Positions 1-10,242 of a DNA stretch of 64,000 nucleotides are shown piece after piece. Made by a program: the position numbers and the translations under genes. The stretch is from NCBI GenBank assembly GCA_965198565.1, contig OZ240665.1, positions 4,215,514 to 4,279,513 of the forward strand, in the 5' to 3' direction. How positions within the stretch are numbered: the stretch's first letter is position 1; the number at the start of each line of letters is the position of its first letter. The notes under the pieces are model-generated. The model worked only from the letters and a program-made list of their open reading frames with translations. It did not search any database and was not told the DNA's origin. This stretch comes from Acetobacteraceae bacterium. GTDB taxonomy: Bacteria > Pseudomonadota > Alphaproteobacteria > Acetobacterales > Acetobacteraceae.

Positions 1-1
1 G

Positions 2-217
2 ATCGACGGGCAGGATGACGGCAGCATCGTGTGCGACCAGTTGCGGCCGGACGTGGCGCAGGCGGGGTTCGGCAGCGCGCGGGCGGGGTGGCGGTATTGT
101 CCGCCGCCGGTGGCCCCGGGCGGGGGGGCGCGGCGGATGGAGCTGGTGGAGGCGGGGGGGCTGGCAGTGGAACTGGTGGTGGAAGGGCGGGCGGCCGAGG
201 GGGTGGTGGTGCCGTAG
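2..217 (+). CDS. 3' end of a hypothetical protein (runs off the left edge)
   Basis: Open frame from base 2 (IDGQDDGSIVCDQLRP...) to TAG at 215-217, convergent with trxA; no recognisable motif. Confidence 0.35.
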   Translation: MDGQDDGSIVCDQLRPDVAQAGFGSARAGWRYCPPPVAPGGGARRMELVEAGGLAVELVVEGRAAEGVVVP

Positions 218-253
218 TGCTGCTTGGTCCGACGCCGTTACTTGCGGCAGCCA

Positions 254-286
254 CCCTCCCCCACCCGCTCCCGCCAGGGGAGAGGG
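254..286 (+). repeat. REP-like palindrome, CCCTCACCCC/CCCTCTCCC..GGGAGAGGG family (degenerate copy)
   Basis: ccctcccccacccgctcccgccaggggagaggg followed by ctttttt; lies between convergent genes. Confidence 0.75.
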
Positions 287-315
287 CTTTTTGGGGCGGT
301 TCCGAGCGCGGGGGG

Positions 316-642
316 TTAGATGGAGGCCTGGACCCAGGCCTTGAGTTGGCTCTTGGGGAGGGCGCCGACTTGGGTCTCGGCGGGCTTGCCGTCCTTGAAC
401 AGGATCAGGGTGGGGATGCCGCGGACCTGGTAGGTGGTGGGGGTCATCGGGTTCTCGTCGATGTTCACCTTGGCGATCTTGACGCGGCCCTTGAGCTCGG
501 CGGCGATCTCCTCGAGCGCCGGGCCGATCATCTTGCAGGGGCCGCACCACTCGGCCCAGAAATCCACCAGCACCGGGCCAGGGGCGTCCAGCACGTCAGC
601 CTTGAAGGTCGCGTCGCTTACGGCGACGGTGTTCTCGCTCAT
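316..642 (-). CDS. trxA: thioredoxin
   Basis: [14 protein letters not shown] motif and VRGIPTL; ATG at 642; follows addA as in the conserved alphaproteobacterial cluster. Confidence 0.97.
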   Translation of the reverse strand: MSENTVAVSDATFKADVLDAPGPVLVDFWAEWCGPCKMIGPALEEIAAELKGRVKIAKVNIDENPMTPTTYQVRGIPTLILFKDGKPAETQVGALPKSQLKAWVQASI

Positions 643-691
643 GGTTGTTCTCCGATCACAGCAGATAAGGTGGTCGCTCGGGGCGAGTCGA

Positions 692-3600
692 TCAAGTTGT
701 AGGGGTATGCGCGTCGAGCAGGTCGTCCGGGAGCGGCATGACGGTTGCGGTGCGGGTCCAGACCAGAGCGCAGTGGACGGGGCGGCCGGGGACGATCTGC
801 TGCAGCACGGCGCGATAGGCGGCCATCTGGCGCAGGTAGAGCACGGGGACGCGGTCGGGGGAGTCGGGGGCGTCGCGGTTGGTCTTGTAGTCGGCGAGCA
901 GGACGGCGTCCTCGAGGATGGCGAGGCGGTCGACCTGCCCGGCGATGACGGCGCCGCCGACCAGGCCGGTGAGCGGCTGCTCGGCGCGGCCATGGGGGCC
1001 GAACAGGGGGCGGAGGGCGGGGTGGTCGAGGATGGCCATGACCTCGGCGGCGAGGCTGGCGGGGGCGCCGGCGGCGCGGACAGTGGCGGCGACGGCGGCG
1101 GGGCGGTCGGCGGCCGGGAGGTCGGGCGCGTGCTGCAGCAGGCGGTGTACCAGGGTGCCGCGTTCGAGGGCGGCGGCGTTGGTGGCGAGGGGCGAGGCGG
1201 CGTGGGGGACGGGGCCGAGGGTGGCGTCGGCGGGGCGGCTGGGGGCGAGCGGGCGCGGGCGGGCGGGCTCGGCGGGGGGCGGATGCGGCACCCAGTCGGG
1301 CGGCAGGCCGGCCCAGGGGGGCATGGGCGCGTGATCGGGCGGGGGGGGTGCGGCGGCTTGGCGGGCCGGGGCGGTTTGCGGCGTGGCGTGGATGAGGGTG
1401 CCGTCCTGGTCGGTGGCGCCGAGGCGGGCCATGCCGCGCTGCACGGCGGAATACCAGCTTTTGTCGTCCAGGGGGCGGTGGGTCTGCCAGCCGCAGACGA
1501 CCAGGCGGTCCTCGGCGCGGGTGAGGGCGACGTAGAGCAGGCGGTTGTATTCCTCGAGGCGTTTGGCCTTTTCAGTTTCGCGCAGGCGGGTGACGGCGCG
1601 GCAGCGCAGCGCGGCGTACGGGGACCAGAGTGAGAGGTCATCTCCCGTCCAGACCAGGCTGCCGCCGTCGGGCGGGAGGGCGGTGGTGTCGGGCAGGATC
1701 ACCACGGGGGCTTGCAGGCCCTTGGCGCCGTGCACGGTCATGACGCGGACGGCGTGGCCGGCGCCCTCGGCCTCGCGCTTCACCTCGGCGCCGGATTGGC
1801 GCAGCCAGTGCAGGAAGCCCTGCAAGGACGGCGGGTGGGACGCGGCGTGGGCCAGGGCGGCGCCCAGCAGCTCGTCGATCGGTTCGGCGGCTTCGGGGCC
1901 CAAGCGGCGCAGCAGGCGGGCGCGGGCGCCGAGCGGGCCGAGGGCTTCCACCAGCAGGGCGTGGGGGGCGGCGTAGTCGACGCGGGCGAGCAGGGTCTGC
2001 AGAAAGCTGGTGACGCGCTGCCACTCTGGGCGCTCGGCGGCGCGGGTGCGCAGGGCGTCCCACAGCGACCAGCCGCGGCCGATGGCAAGTTCCATGAGGT
2101 CGTCGTCGGTGAGGCCGCCGAGCGGGCTGGTGAGCACGCAGGCGAGGGCGAGGTCGTCCTCGGGCAGCAGCAGGGTGTCGCAGAGGGCGAGCAGGTCCTG
2201 CACGGCGGGTTGCTGGGTGAGCGCCAGGCGGTCGAGCCCGGCGACGGGGACGCCGAGGGCTTTGAGGCGGCGCACCACGGCGCGGGCGAAGTCGCCGCGG
2301 CGGCGCACCAGGATGAGGATGTCGCCGGGCTGGATGGTGCGGCCCTGGCTGGGCAGCGGGGCGGTGCCGATGGCGGCGGCGACCCATTGCGCCAGGGTGT
2401 CGGCGAGGAGTTGCGGCGCGGTGGTGAGGCCGTGGTTGCGGCGGGCGACGGCCCAGGGCTCGGGCAGCTCCTCCTGCGGGCGGGGGGTGATGGGCCAGAG
2501 CTCGACCTGGCCGGCGTGGCCGACGCGATGGGCCTGATGGTGCAGTTTCTCGTCGGGTCCGAGGACGCCGGCGGCGGCGGTGAGGTCGTCGAAGACGGCG
2601 TCGACCAGGGCGAGGACGGGGGGGGTGGAGCGAAAGGATACGTCGAGCACGGTGTCGCGGAAGTTGCCGGAGGCGGCGATGGCGGCGTCACGCATGATGG
2701 CGCGCCAGCGGTCGAACTCGGCGGGTTCGGCGCCCTGGAAGGAGTAGATCGACTGCTTGCGGTCGCCGACGGCGAAGACGGTGCGCTTGGTGTCGCGGGC
2801 GGCGGCGCCGGCGAAGAACTCGGCGGTGAGGGCGCCGGCGATGGCCCATTGGTCGGGGGCGCTGTCCTGCACCTCGTCGAGCAGGACGTGGTCGAGGCCG
2901 CCGTCGAGCTTGTAGAGCACCCAGGCGGCGCCGGGGTCGATCAGGAGCTGACGGGTGTGGCTGATGAGGTCCTGGTAGTCCATCAGGCCGGCGAGTTGCT
3001 TGCGGCGCTGCAAGCGGGCGAAGACGGGGGCGGCCAGGGTGAGCACGGCGTTGGTGGCGGCGGCGACGTGGAGGGCACGGCGGTCGTCCTCCACGGCAGC
3101 GACGCGCTCGGCTTCGGTGAGGAGAGTTTCCTGCAGGCCGGGCTCGGCCTGGGACCATTTGCCGCGGCAGAGTTTGCGCGGATCGCCGTCTTCGCGGAGC
3201 AGGAGGGCGACCCACTCGGACCAGTGCTCCTGGCGCAGCTCGGGCGGGAGGTCGAGCCAGCCGCGCAGGTTGGCGGCGGTGGTGTGCTCGCCGGGGCTGG
3301 CCTTGGCGGAGGCGAGCTGGGCGATGGCGTCGCGCAGGCCCGGCGTGCTGGTGGCGACGGCGGCGGCGATCAGGCCCGCGTCGTCTCCGGACACGTCCAG
3401 GGCGCGCTCGAGGCGGAGCAGGCGGGCGGGGGCGGGCAGGTTCAGCACGGGCTCGAGGCGCTGCACGTGGGGGCGCAACTCGGCCAGCAACTTGCCGAAC
3501 TCGCCGTCGCGTACCAGGCCGGCGATGGTGCGCAGGGCGTCCGGGTCGGCGTCGGCGATGGCGGCCTCGCGGGCGGCGGTGAGCTCGGCGTGGCTGTCGG

Positions 3601-4075
3601 CGTCCTCCATCAGGCGGAATTGCGGGGCGATGGCGGCCTCGAGCGGGAAGCGGCGCAGCAGGGACTGGCAGAAGGCGTGGATGGTGCTGATACGCATGCC
3701 GCCGGGCAGGTCCAGCACGCGGGCGAACAGGGCGCGGGCGCGGTGGGTGACTTCGGGGTCCGGCCGGATGGCGCGCTCTTTGAGGGCGGCGATCAGGGCG
3801 GGGTCGTCGAGGGTGACCCATTGGCCGAGGATGCTTTGCAGGCGCAGCGCCATCTCGGCGGCGGCGGCCTTGGTGTAGGTGAGGCAGAGGATGCGGGCCG
3901 GGTCGGCGCCGGCGAGCATGAGGCGGAGCAGGCGGTCGATCAGCAGCTTGGTCTTGCCCGACCCGGCAGAGGCGGCGACGAAGGCGGAGACCTCGGGGTC
4001 GGAGGCTTGGTGCTGCAGGCTGTTGGCGCGGGCGGAGGCTTGCTCGGGGAGAGTGCGCGGGGGAATGGCGTTCAT
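692..4075 (-). CDS. addA: double-strand break repair helicase/nuclease AddA
   Basis: ASAGSGKT Walker [41 protein letters not shown]-terminal GQVDRL..DYKT nuclease; ATG 4075 overlaps the addB stop. Confidence 0.96.
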   Translation of the reverse strand: MNAIPPRTLPEQASARANSLQHQASDPEVSAFVAASAGSGKTKLLIDRLLRLMLAGADPARILCLTYTKAAAAEMALRLQSILGQWVTLDDPALIAALKERAIRPDPEVTHRARALFARVLDLPGGMRISTIHAFCQSLLRRFPLEAAIAPQFRLMEDADSHAELTAAREAAIADADPDALRTIAGLVRDGEFGKLLAELRPHVQRLEPVLNLPAPARLLRLERALDVSGDDAGLIAAAVATSTPGLRDAIAQLASAKASPGEHTTAANLRGWLDLPPELRQEHWSEWVALLLREDGDPRKLCRGKWSQAEPGLQETLLTEAERVAAVEDDRRALHVAAATNAVLTLAAPVFARLQRRKQLAGLMDYQDLISHTRQLLIDPGAAWVLYKLDGGLDHVLLDEVQDSAPDQWAIAGALTAEFFAGAAARDTKRTVFAVGDRKQSIYSFQGAEPAEFDRWRAIMRDAAIAASGNFRDTVLDVSFRSTPPVLALVDAVFDDLTAAAGVLGPDEKLHHQAHRVGHAGQVELWPITPRPQEELPEPWAVARRNHGLTTAPQLLADTLAQWVAAAIGTAPLPSQGRTIQPGDILILVRRRGDFARAVVRRLKALGVPVAGLDRLALTQQPAVQDLLALCDTLLLPEDDLALACVLTSPLGGLTDDDLMELAIGRGWSLWDALRTRAAERPEWQRVTSFLQTLLARVDYAAPHALLVEALGPLGARARLLRRLGPEAAEPIDELLGAALAHAASHPPSLQGFLHWLRQSGAEVKREAEGAGHAVRVMTVHGAKGLQAPVVILPDTTALPPDGGSLVWTGDDLSLWSPYAALRCRAVTRLRETEKAKRLEEYNRLLYVALTRAEDRLVVCGWQTHRPLDDKSWYSAVQRGMARLGATDQDGTLIHATPQTAPARQAAAPPPPDHAPMPPWAGLPPDWVPHPPPAEPARPRPLAPSRPADATLGPVPHAASPLATNAAALERGTLVHRLLQHAPDLPAADRPAAVAATVRAAGAPASLAAEVMAILDHPALRPLFGPHGRAEQPLTGLVGGAVIAGQVDRLAILEDAVLLADYKTNRDAPDSPDRVPVLYLRQMAAYRAVLQQIVPGRPVHCALVWTRTATVMPLPDDLLDAHTPTT

Positions 4076-7000
4076 TCCGGGTCCTCCAGCGCGGCCCATT
4101 CGGCGACGCGGGCGAGCTGGGTGTAGTCGGAGAAGCGCGGGGCGCGGCCGGGGTGGGGCTGGGAGAGATAGGGGTGCGCCGGGTCGTCGAAGGCGGCGAC
4201 CAGGGCGGCGAGGCTGGCGCGGGCGGTGGCGACCGCTTCGGGCAAGGCGCCGGCGGTCTTCAGCCTGCCTTCCACTTTGCCAGGGACGTGGCCGCCGGTG
4301 AGATGCCAGTAGGTGAGTTCGCCGACGGGGTGGGCGAACTCGGGGCCAAACGCGCCGGATTCGGCCATGGCGGCTTCCAAGGGGAGCTGGGGCGCCAGGC
4401 CGCTTTCGACCTCCTTGTTGGAGGGGGGCGTGCCGGTCTTGTAGTCCAAGATGGCCAGGGTGGCGTCGGCTCTGCGCTCGATTCGGTCGGCGCGGCCGGT
4501 GAGGACGAAGGGCGGTTCGGTGGCCAGCGTCCAGGTGCCGTCGTGTTCGGAGACGATCTCGACCGGCTTGGCGGCGACCCGGCGGGCGGCTTCCTGCTCC
4601 GCGACCCATGCGGCGATGCGCTGCAGGCGGGGGCGCCACCAGGCAGCCAAGGCGGGGCGGAGGTCGGCTGCGGCCAAGGCGGTTTCCATGGCCGCGGCAA
4701 GGCGGGCTTCGGCGTCGGGCGGGAAGGTGGTGCCGTGGGCGGCGAGGAAGGCGTGGATGGCGTCGTGGACGACGGAGCCGTAGTCGGCGGCGTCGGCGGG
4801 TTCCTCGATGGGCGGCAGGGCGCGCAGGCGCAGGATGTGGCGGGCGTAGAGGGCGTAGGGGTCGCGCAGCCAGGTCTCGATCTCGGTGACGCGGAGGCGG
4901 CGGGGGCGCACGGCCACGGGCGGGCATGGCGCGGGGGGGTGTAGGCGGGGGACGGGGCCGGCCGGCAGGTCCAGCGCGCGGGCCCAGGCGGCGGCGGGGT
5001 GCTCGGGCAAGTGGCTGCCGGCGCCGCGGAGCATGGCCTCGAGCCGTTGCAGCCAGCGGGCGGGGACGGCGGGGGCGCCGTCGCGGCGGCGGGAGCAGGA
5101 CAGGACGACGTGGGGGGCGGCGCAGGCGGTCATCACCCAGTCATGCGCCATTTGGCCGACGGCCGCTTCGGGCGAGGGTAGGCCGGCGGCGGCGCGCATC
5201 GGGCGGCTGAGCCAGGGGCCGGGGTCGGCGGCGGCGGGCCAGACGTTTTCGGCCAGGCCGCCCAGCACGATGAGGTCGGCGCGCTGCAGGCGGGCCTCGA
5301 GCAGGCCCCAGATGAAGATGCGGGGGTGCTCGGCGCCGGTGCGGCCGCGCAAGGCCCGGCGGCTGCGGACGGCGACGTTGGCGAGCAGTTGGTCGAGCAG
5401 GCCGGGGAGCGTCGCCGGGTCTTGCGGGGGGAGGACGGCCAAAGCGGGCATGGCCTGGGCGAGCAGGGTGGCGAGGGCTTGGCCGTCCTCGCCGGACCAG
5501 AGGCGTTCGGCGCCGGGTTCGGCCGGGGTGGCGGCGAGGGCTTCGGCGGCGGTGAGCAGGGCGGCCAGGGCGGCTTGGGGCGGCGTGCGGGGGGTGGCGG
5601 CGAGGGTGAGCAGCGGGGTGAGGCAGGTGTCGAGGGCGGCAAGCAGGCGCTGGGCCGAAGGGGAGCGGGCGATGCCGTGGAGGCCCGGGAGGCCGGGCTT
5701 GGGGGCGGGGCCGCGCAGGCCGTCGAGTTCGAGGCTGCGGGCGGCGGCGCGGCAGGCGGACGGCGTGAGGCCGGCGGCGGCGAGCGGGTGCTTGAGCAGG
5801 GCGAGCAAGGGGACGGGGCGGAGCTGCTCGGCGATGGCGGCGGCGAGCAGGCGCAGGAACACGGCGGGCGGGGTGGCAATGAGGGGCTCGCCGGCGCTGT
5901 CGTCGGCGATGACGCCGAAGCGGCCGAGCTCGACGGCGACGCGGCCGGCGAGGTCGCGGTCGGGGGTGACGAGGGCGGCGCGGTGGCCGGGGGTGTCGAG
6001 GGCACGGCGGAGGATGAGGGCGATGGCGACGGCCTCTTCCTGCTGGTCGGCGGGGGTGAGGCGGTGGAGCTGCTCCCTCTCCCTCTGGGAGAGGGTCGGG
6101 GTGAGGGGCGGACTCGGCTGATTCGGGGGCGTGGGCCTACCCTCACCCAACCCTCTCCCAGAGGGAGAGGGCTTTTTGGGGGGGTGGGGGGTGGGGGTGC
6201 GCCAGGCGGTTAGGGCGACTGCGGGGAGGAGGGCGCGGTTAAGCAGCTCGACGCGCTCGGAGGGGGTCGCAGACGGCGAGTCCCATGGCTCCACGTCGCC
6301 GCGGGTGGCGCCGAGGGCGGTGAGCAGGCGGCAGAGGGCGGACTGGGGGTGGGTGTCTTCCAGGGCGTCCCAGGCGGGCTCGGGAAGCGCCAGGTCTAGG
6401 CCGGGGAGCACGACGCGGCCGGTGGGGAGGCTCGCCACCACACGCAGCAAGCGGGCCACGGCGGGGATGCCGCCCGTCGAGCCGGCGGCCAGAACGGGAT
6501 GCAAGGGCGGGCGGTCCTGCCAGGCGCGGGATTGGGCGTCCAGCAAGGCGACCTGGCGAGCGGCGGGGTTCATCAGGGCGTTGTCCGCGAGCCAGGCGGG
6601 CCAGGCGGCGGTCACGATCTGCAGGAAACGCAGGGTGATGCCCCAGTGCGCGGCGTAGTTCTCGGCGGCGAGGCGGGGCAAGGCTTGGGCCAGGTCGACC
6701 TCGGCGCGCTCGGCCTCGTCCATCAGGGCGGCCAATTCGGCGGCCAAGGGCCAGGCGCGGTCGGCGGTGGCGGGGGCGCCGAAGCGGCCCTCCAGCGCCA
6801 TGATCAGGCGGCAGAGATGGGCCAGGCGCACGGGGGCGGCGACGGCTTGGGGCAGGTGCAGGCTGCCGGCCATGGCCAGGGGGGCCTCGTCCAGCGCGCC
6901 GAACGCGGTGATGCGGGGGAGCAGGCAGGGGCGGCCCTCGGTTTGGGCCAGGAACGCCTCGGTGAGGGAGCGGGCGGCGCGGCGGGTGGGGAGCAGGATC

Positions 7001-7104
7001 AGGCCCCTGGCGGCGGCGAGCGGGTCAGACCCGGCGCGGGCGAGCCAGTCGGCGGCGATCAGGTCCAGAAAGGGCTGGCCGGGGCCGATGGTGCTGAGCT
7101 TCAC
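4072..7104 (-). CDS. addB: double-strand break repair protein AddB (carries a 42-codon repeat-derived insert)
   Basis: LLLPTRRAAR, EEAVAIAL, RAALVTPDRDLAGRV, LRDPYALYAR, GRADRIE..DYKTG; synteny with addA. Confidence 0.95.
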   Translation of the reverse strand: MKLSTIGPGQPFLDLIAADWLARAGSDPLAAARGLILLPTRRAARSLTEAFLAQTEGRPCLLPRITAFGALDEAPLAMAGSLHLPQAVAAPVRLAHLCRLIMALEGRFGAPATADRAWPLAAELAALMDEAERAEVDLAQALPRLAAENYAAHWGITLRFLQIVTAAWPAWLADNALMNPAARQVALLDAQSRAWQDRPPLHPVLAAGSTGGIPAVARLLRVVASLPTGRVVLPGLDLALPEPAWDALEDTHPQSALCRLLTALGATRGDVEPWDSPSATPSERVELLNRALLPAVALTAWRTPTPHPPKKPSPSGRGLGEGRPTPPNQPSPPLTPTLSQREREQLHRLTPADQQEEAVAIALILRRALDTPGHRAALVTPDRDLAGRVAVELGRFGVIADDSAGEPLIATPPAVFLRLLAAAIAEQLRPVPLLALLKHPLAAAGLTPSACRAAARSLELDGLRGPAPKPGLPGLHGIARSPSAQRLLAALDTCLTPLLTLAATPRTPPQAALAALLTAAEALAATPAEPGAERLWSGEDGQALATLLAQAMPALAVLPPQDPATLPGLLDQLLANVAVRSRRALRGRTGAEHPRIFIWGLLEARLQRADLIVLGGLAENVWPAAADPGPWLSRPMRAAAGLPSPEAAVGQMAHDWVMTACAAPHVVLSCSRRRDGAPAVPARWLQRLEAMLRGAGSHLPEHPAAAWARALDLPAGPVPRLHPPAPCPPVAVRPRRLRVTEIETWLRDPYALYARHILRLRALPPIEEPADAADYGSVVHDAIHAFLAAHGTTFPPDAEARLAAAMETALAAADLRPALAAWWRPRLQRIAAWVAEQEAARRVAAKPVEIVSEHDGTWTLATEPPFVLTGRADRIERRADATLAILDYKTGTPPSNKEVESGLAPQLPLEAAMAESGAFGPEFAHPVGELTYWHLTGGHVPGKVEGRLKTAGALPEAVATARASLAALVAAFDDPAHPYLSQPHPGRAPRFSDYTQLARVAEWAALEDPE
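6075..6171. repeat. inverted doublet of the CCCTCTCCC..GGGAGAGGG repeat inside addB
   Basis: Copies at 6075-6107 (reverse) and 6140-6171 (forward); same arrangement as the intergenic doublet at 10117-10213. Confidence 0.92.
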
Positions 7105-7832
7105 CGTGTTTCGCCCGTGTCGCTGTGGTGCAGCGCTCCCTCGGCGGTGGAGAGGTCCTCCGGGCGGCTCAGGTGGAACCAGAGGCCGTCATGCACCACC
7201 GCGCGAAGGCGGCCGGCGGCGATGGCGCGGTCCCACATGGCGTTGGCGCTGAAGGGCGGGCCGGGCGGGTCGGCGAACAGCGCGGGGGTGGCGAGCTGCA
7301 CGCCGGCATAGACATAGGGCAACACTTCGCGCTCGCGGCGGCGGCGGGGCGTGCCCCAGGGATCGAGCGCGAAATCCCCCTGCCCTGCCTCGCCCTGGAC
7401 CTGGTGGGTGCGATGCAGCAGCAGGATGGCGTCGGTGCGCGCCGGGTCGAATGCGGCGGCGAGGCGGTCGAGGGTGGAGGATGGGCCGTCGAGCCAGAAG
7501 CTGTCGCCGTTGATGACGTAGAACGGGGCGTGGGCGAGGGCGCCCGCGGCGAGGGCGGCGGCGACGGCGCCTCCGGTGTCGAGCAAGTTGGGTTCGGGGC
7601 GAAGGATCACCTGCGGGCCGCCGGCGCGGGCGTGGAGGTGCTGGCGGACCAGGTCGCCGCGCCAATGGGTGTTGACCACGGCGCGGGTGACTCCGGCGGC
7701 GTCCAGGCGGTCGAGCGCATGGTCCAGCAGGGGGCGGCCGCCGAGCGGGAGCAGGGGCTTGGCGGTGTGCGCGGTGAGCGGGCGCATGCGCCGGCCGAGC
7801 CCGGCGGCGAGGACCATGGCCTGGTGTATCAT
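7101..7832 (-). CDS. murU: nucleotidyltransferase, MurU-like (MurNAc-1-P uridylyltransferase family)
   Basis: AMVLAAGLGRRMRPLT..KPLL, LDTGG, VINGD; conserved position between tsaE and addB. Confidence 0.8.
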   Translation of the reverse strand: MIHQAMVLAAGLGRRMRPLTAHTAKPLLPLGGRPLLDHALDRLDAAGVTRAVVNTHWRGDLVRQHLHARAGGPQVILRPEPNLLDTGGAVAAALAAGALAHAPFYVINGDSFWLDGPSSTLDRLAAAFDPARTDAILLLHRTHQVQGEAGQGDFALDPWGTPRRRREREVLPYVYAGVQLATPALFADPPGPPFSANAMWDRAIAAGRLRAVVHDGLWFHLSRPEDLSTAEGALHHSDTGETR

Positions 7833-8278
7833 CGCAGCCGGTGCGTCCAGCCGGAGAGGGTGGCGATGCGGGCGTCGCCGTCGGGGGCGAGTTCGATGGA
7901 GAGGGCGTCGTCGGGGCGCAGCACGTCGAGCCGGGTGGCCCATTCGACGACGACGACGCCTTGGCGGGCCTCGTCCCAGCCCAGTTCGATGACGCCGCCG
8001 GGACCGTCGAGGCGCCAGAGATCGAAGTGGTAGAGCGGGCCGGCGGCGGTGCCGTATTCCTGCACCAGGGTGTAGGACGGGCTGGGGACCTCGAGCGCCG
8101 GGTCGTCGGCGGCGGCGCGGATGAGGGCGCGGGCGAGGACGGATTTGCCGGCGCCGAGCGGGCCGTCGAGCAGGATGGCGTCGCCGGGCCGGAGCGCGGC
8201 GGCGATGCGGGCGCCGAGCGCCTCGGCGGCTTCGGGTGTGGCGAGCCGGAGGCGGAGGGGCGATGCGGTCTCGAGCAT
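7829..8278 (-). CDS. tsaE: tRNA threonylcarbamoyladenosine biosynthesis ATPase TsaE
   Basis: LDGPLGAGKS, VPSPSYTLVQEY, HFDLWRL, VVEW. Confidence 0.95.
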   Translation of the reverse strand: MLETASPLRLRLATPEAAEALGARIAAALRPGDAILLDGPLGAGKSVLARALIRAAADDPALEVPSPSYTLVQEYGTAAGPLYHFDLWRLDGPGGVIELGWDEARQGVVVVEWATRLDVLRPDDALSIELAPDGDARIATLSGWTHRLR

Positions 8279-8360
8279 GGGACGATGTTAACCGGTGTGA
8301 ATGCGGCCTGCCAGATGGCGGAGTGCTTGCACGAGAGGCGGGCGACGCTAGGTTCCCGGC

Positions 8361-9374
8361 ATGAGCCAAACGCTTGAGACGGATGTCGCCATCATCGGGG
8401 CCGGGCCGGCGGGGCTGTTCGCCGCGTTCGAGTGCGGCATGCTGAAGCTGCGCTCGGTGCTGATCGACGCGCTGGGCGACGTGGGGGGCCAGTGCACGGC
8501 GCTGTATCCGGAGAAGCCGATCTTCGACATTCCGGCGCATCCGGCGATCGCCGCCGGGCACCTGATTTCGCAGCTCGAGATGCAGATCGCGCCGTTCGCG
8601 GTGCCGCGGCTGCTGGGGCAGCGGGTGGAGCGGTTCGAGGGTGCGGCGGGGGCGTTCCGGTTGCGGACGGAGGGCGGCTGCGAGGTGGCGGCGCGGGCGG
8701 TGCTGCTGGCGGCGGGGGCGGGCGCGTTCGGCCCCAACCGGCCGCCGCTCGAGGGCTTAGGCGCGTATGAGGCGGCCGGGTCGGTGCAGTATCACGTGCG
8801 CCGGCGGGACGATTTCGTCGGCCGCCAGGTGGTGATCGCGGGCGGCGGGGATAGCGCGGTGGATTGGGCGTTGTCGCTGAAGGATGTGGCCGAGCGGGTG
8901 TATGTGGTGCATCGCCGGGGCAAATTCCGGGCGGCGCCGGAGACGTCGGCGCAGTTGGCGGCGGCGGCGGAGCGGGGGGAGATCGAGCTGGTGATCCCGT
9001 ACCAGTTGCACGCGCTGCAAGGGGCCGCGGGGGCGCTGACCGGGGTGGAGGTGGCGCATCTGGATGGCAGCACCCGCATGCTGGCGGCGGACCGGCTGCT
9101 GCCGTTCTTCGGGCTGTCGATGGACCTGGGGCCGATCGCGGGCTGGGGGCTGGAGCTGGAGCGACACCACGTCCAGGTGAGCCCGGCGACGTGTCAGACC
9201 AGTGTGCCCGGCGTGTTTGCCATCGGCGACGTGGTGACCTATCCCGGCAAGCTGAAGCTGATCCTGCAGGGTTTCAGCGAGGCGGCGATGGCGGCGCATG
9301 CGATCCATCCCATCGTGCATCCGGGGGAGGCGCTGCATTTCGAGTACTCCACCAGCAAGGGCGTGCCGGGCTGA
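8361..9374 (+). CDS. ferredoxin--NADP(+) reductase, thioredoxin-reductase-like type
   Basis: IIGAGPAGL, GGQCTALYPEKPIFDIP, GGGDSAVDWA, GDVVTYPGKLKLILQGF; no CxxC. Confidence 0.88.
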   Translation: MSQTLETDVAIIGAGPAGLFAAFECGMLKLRSVLIDALGDVGGQCTALYPEKPIFDIPAHPAIAAGHLISQLEMQIAPFAVPRLLGQRVERFEGAAGAFRLRTEGGCEVAARAVLLAAGAGAFGPNRPPLEGLGAYEAAGSVQYHVRRRDDFVGRQVVIAGGGDSAVDWALSLKDVAERVYVVHRRGKFRAAPETSAQLAAAAERGEIELVIPYQLHALQGAAGALTGVEVAHLDGSTRMLAADRLLPFFGLSMDLGPIAGWGLELERHHVQVSPATCQTSVPGVFAIGDVVTYPGKLKLILQGFSEAAMAAHAIHPIVHPGEALHFEYSTSKGVPG

Positions 9375-9416
9375 CATCGGGGTTGCGCGCGCCTATGTGG
9401 CTGACAAGGAGACACC

Positions 9417-10088
9417 ATGACCCGATTTGATGACGACGACGACGAGCCCGACGCCCCGGAGACGCCGAACCGTCCCGACGTGCCGGAGCCGATGGGGCCG
9501 GAGCCAAAGGAGCCCGGCGATAACCGGACGCTGAATTCGCCGATCAACGAGCTGGAATCGCGGCTGCTGAAGCAGCGTAAGGTGCTGGTGTTCGGCGCGA
9601 TCAACGACAAGGTGGCGCGGGACGTGACGGGCCGCTTGCTGGCGCTGGCCAGCGAGGGGGATGCGCCGATCGACGTGTATATCAACTCGCCGGGCGGGCA
9701 TGTGGAGAGCGGCGACACGATCCACGACATGATCCGGTTCGTGGACGCCGAAGTGCCGGTGCGGGTGATCGGGACCGGCTGGGTGGCGAGTGCGGGGGCG
9801 CTGATCTTCATCGCCGGGCGCAAGGAGCGGCGGCTGTGCCTGCCGAACACGCGGTTCCTGCTGCACCAGCCGATGGGCGGGGTGCGCGGGCCGGCGACGG
9901 ACATCGACATCGAGGCGCGCGAGATTATCAAGATGCGCGAGCGGATCAACCGCATGATCGCGGCGGAGACGGGGCAGGACTACGAGCGGGTGCTGGTGGA
10001 TACGGACCGGAACTACTGGATGAGCGCGGACGAGGCGATTGGGTATGGGCTGGTAAGCCGTGTGGTGCGGTCGGCCGCGGAGTTCTGA
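9417..10088 (+). CDS. clpP: ATP-dependent Clp protease proteolytic subunit (paralog with Asn at the catalytic Asp position)
   Basis: YINSPGG, VASAG, FLLHQP, TDRNYWMSA..A..YGLV. Confidence 0.93.
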   Translation: MTRFDDDDDEPDAPETPNRPDVPEPMGPEPKEPGDNRTLNSPINELESRLLKQRKVLVFGAINDKVARDVTGRLLALASEGDAPIDVYINSPGGHVESGDTIHDMIRFVDAEVPVRVIGTGWVASAGALIFIAGRKERRLCLPNTRFLLHQPMGGVRGPATDIDIEAREIIKMRERINRMIAAETGQDYERVLVDTDRNYWMSADEAIGYGLVSRVVRSAAEF

Positions 10089-10116
10089 CGGGGTTGTCCA
10101 CTGTGCTCTCCCTACT

Positions 10117-10213
10117 CCCTCTCCTTCTGGGAGAGGGCCGGGGTGAGGGGTGCACGCGCGCGATTGATGGTGCCGTTGGCCCCCTCACCCTGCTCTCTCC
10201 CAGAGGGAGAGGG
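10117..10213. repeat. inverted doublet of the CCCTCTCCC..GGGAGAGGG repeat (possible bidirectional terminator)
   Basis: Copies at 10117-10149 and 10182-10213, then a T-tract; between convergent clpP and dadA. Confidence 0.9.
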
Positions 10214-10242
10214 TTTTTTAAATTGGGTCGGGGTTGGGCGGG

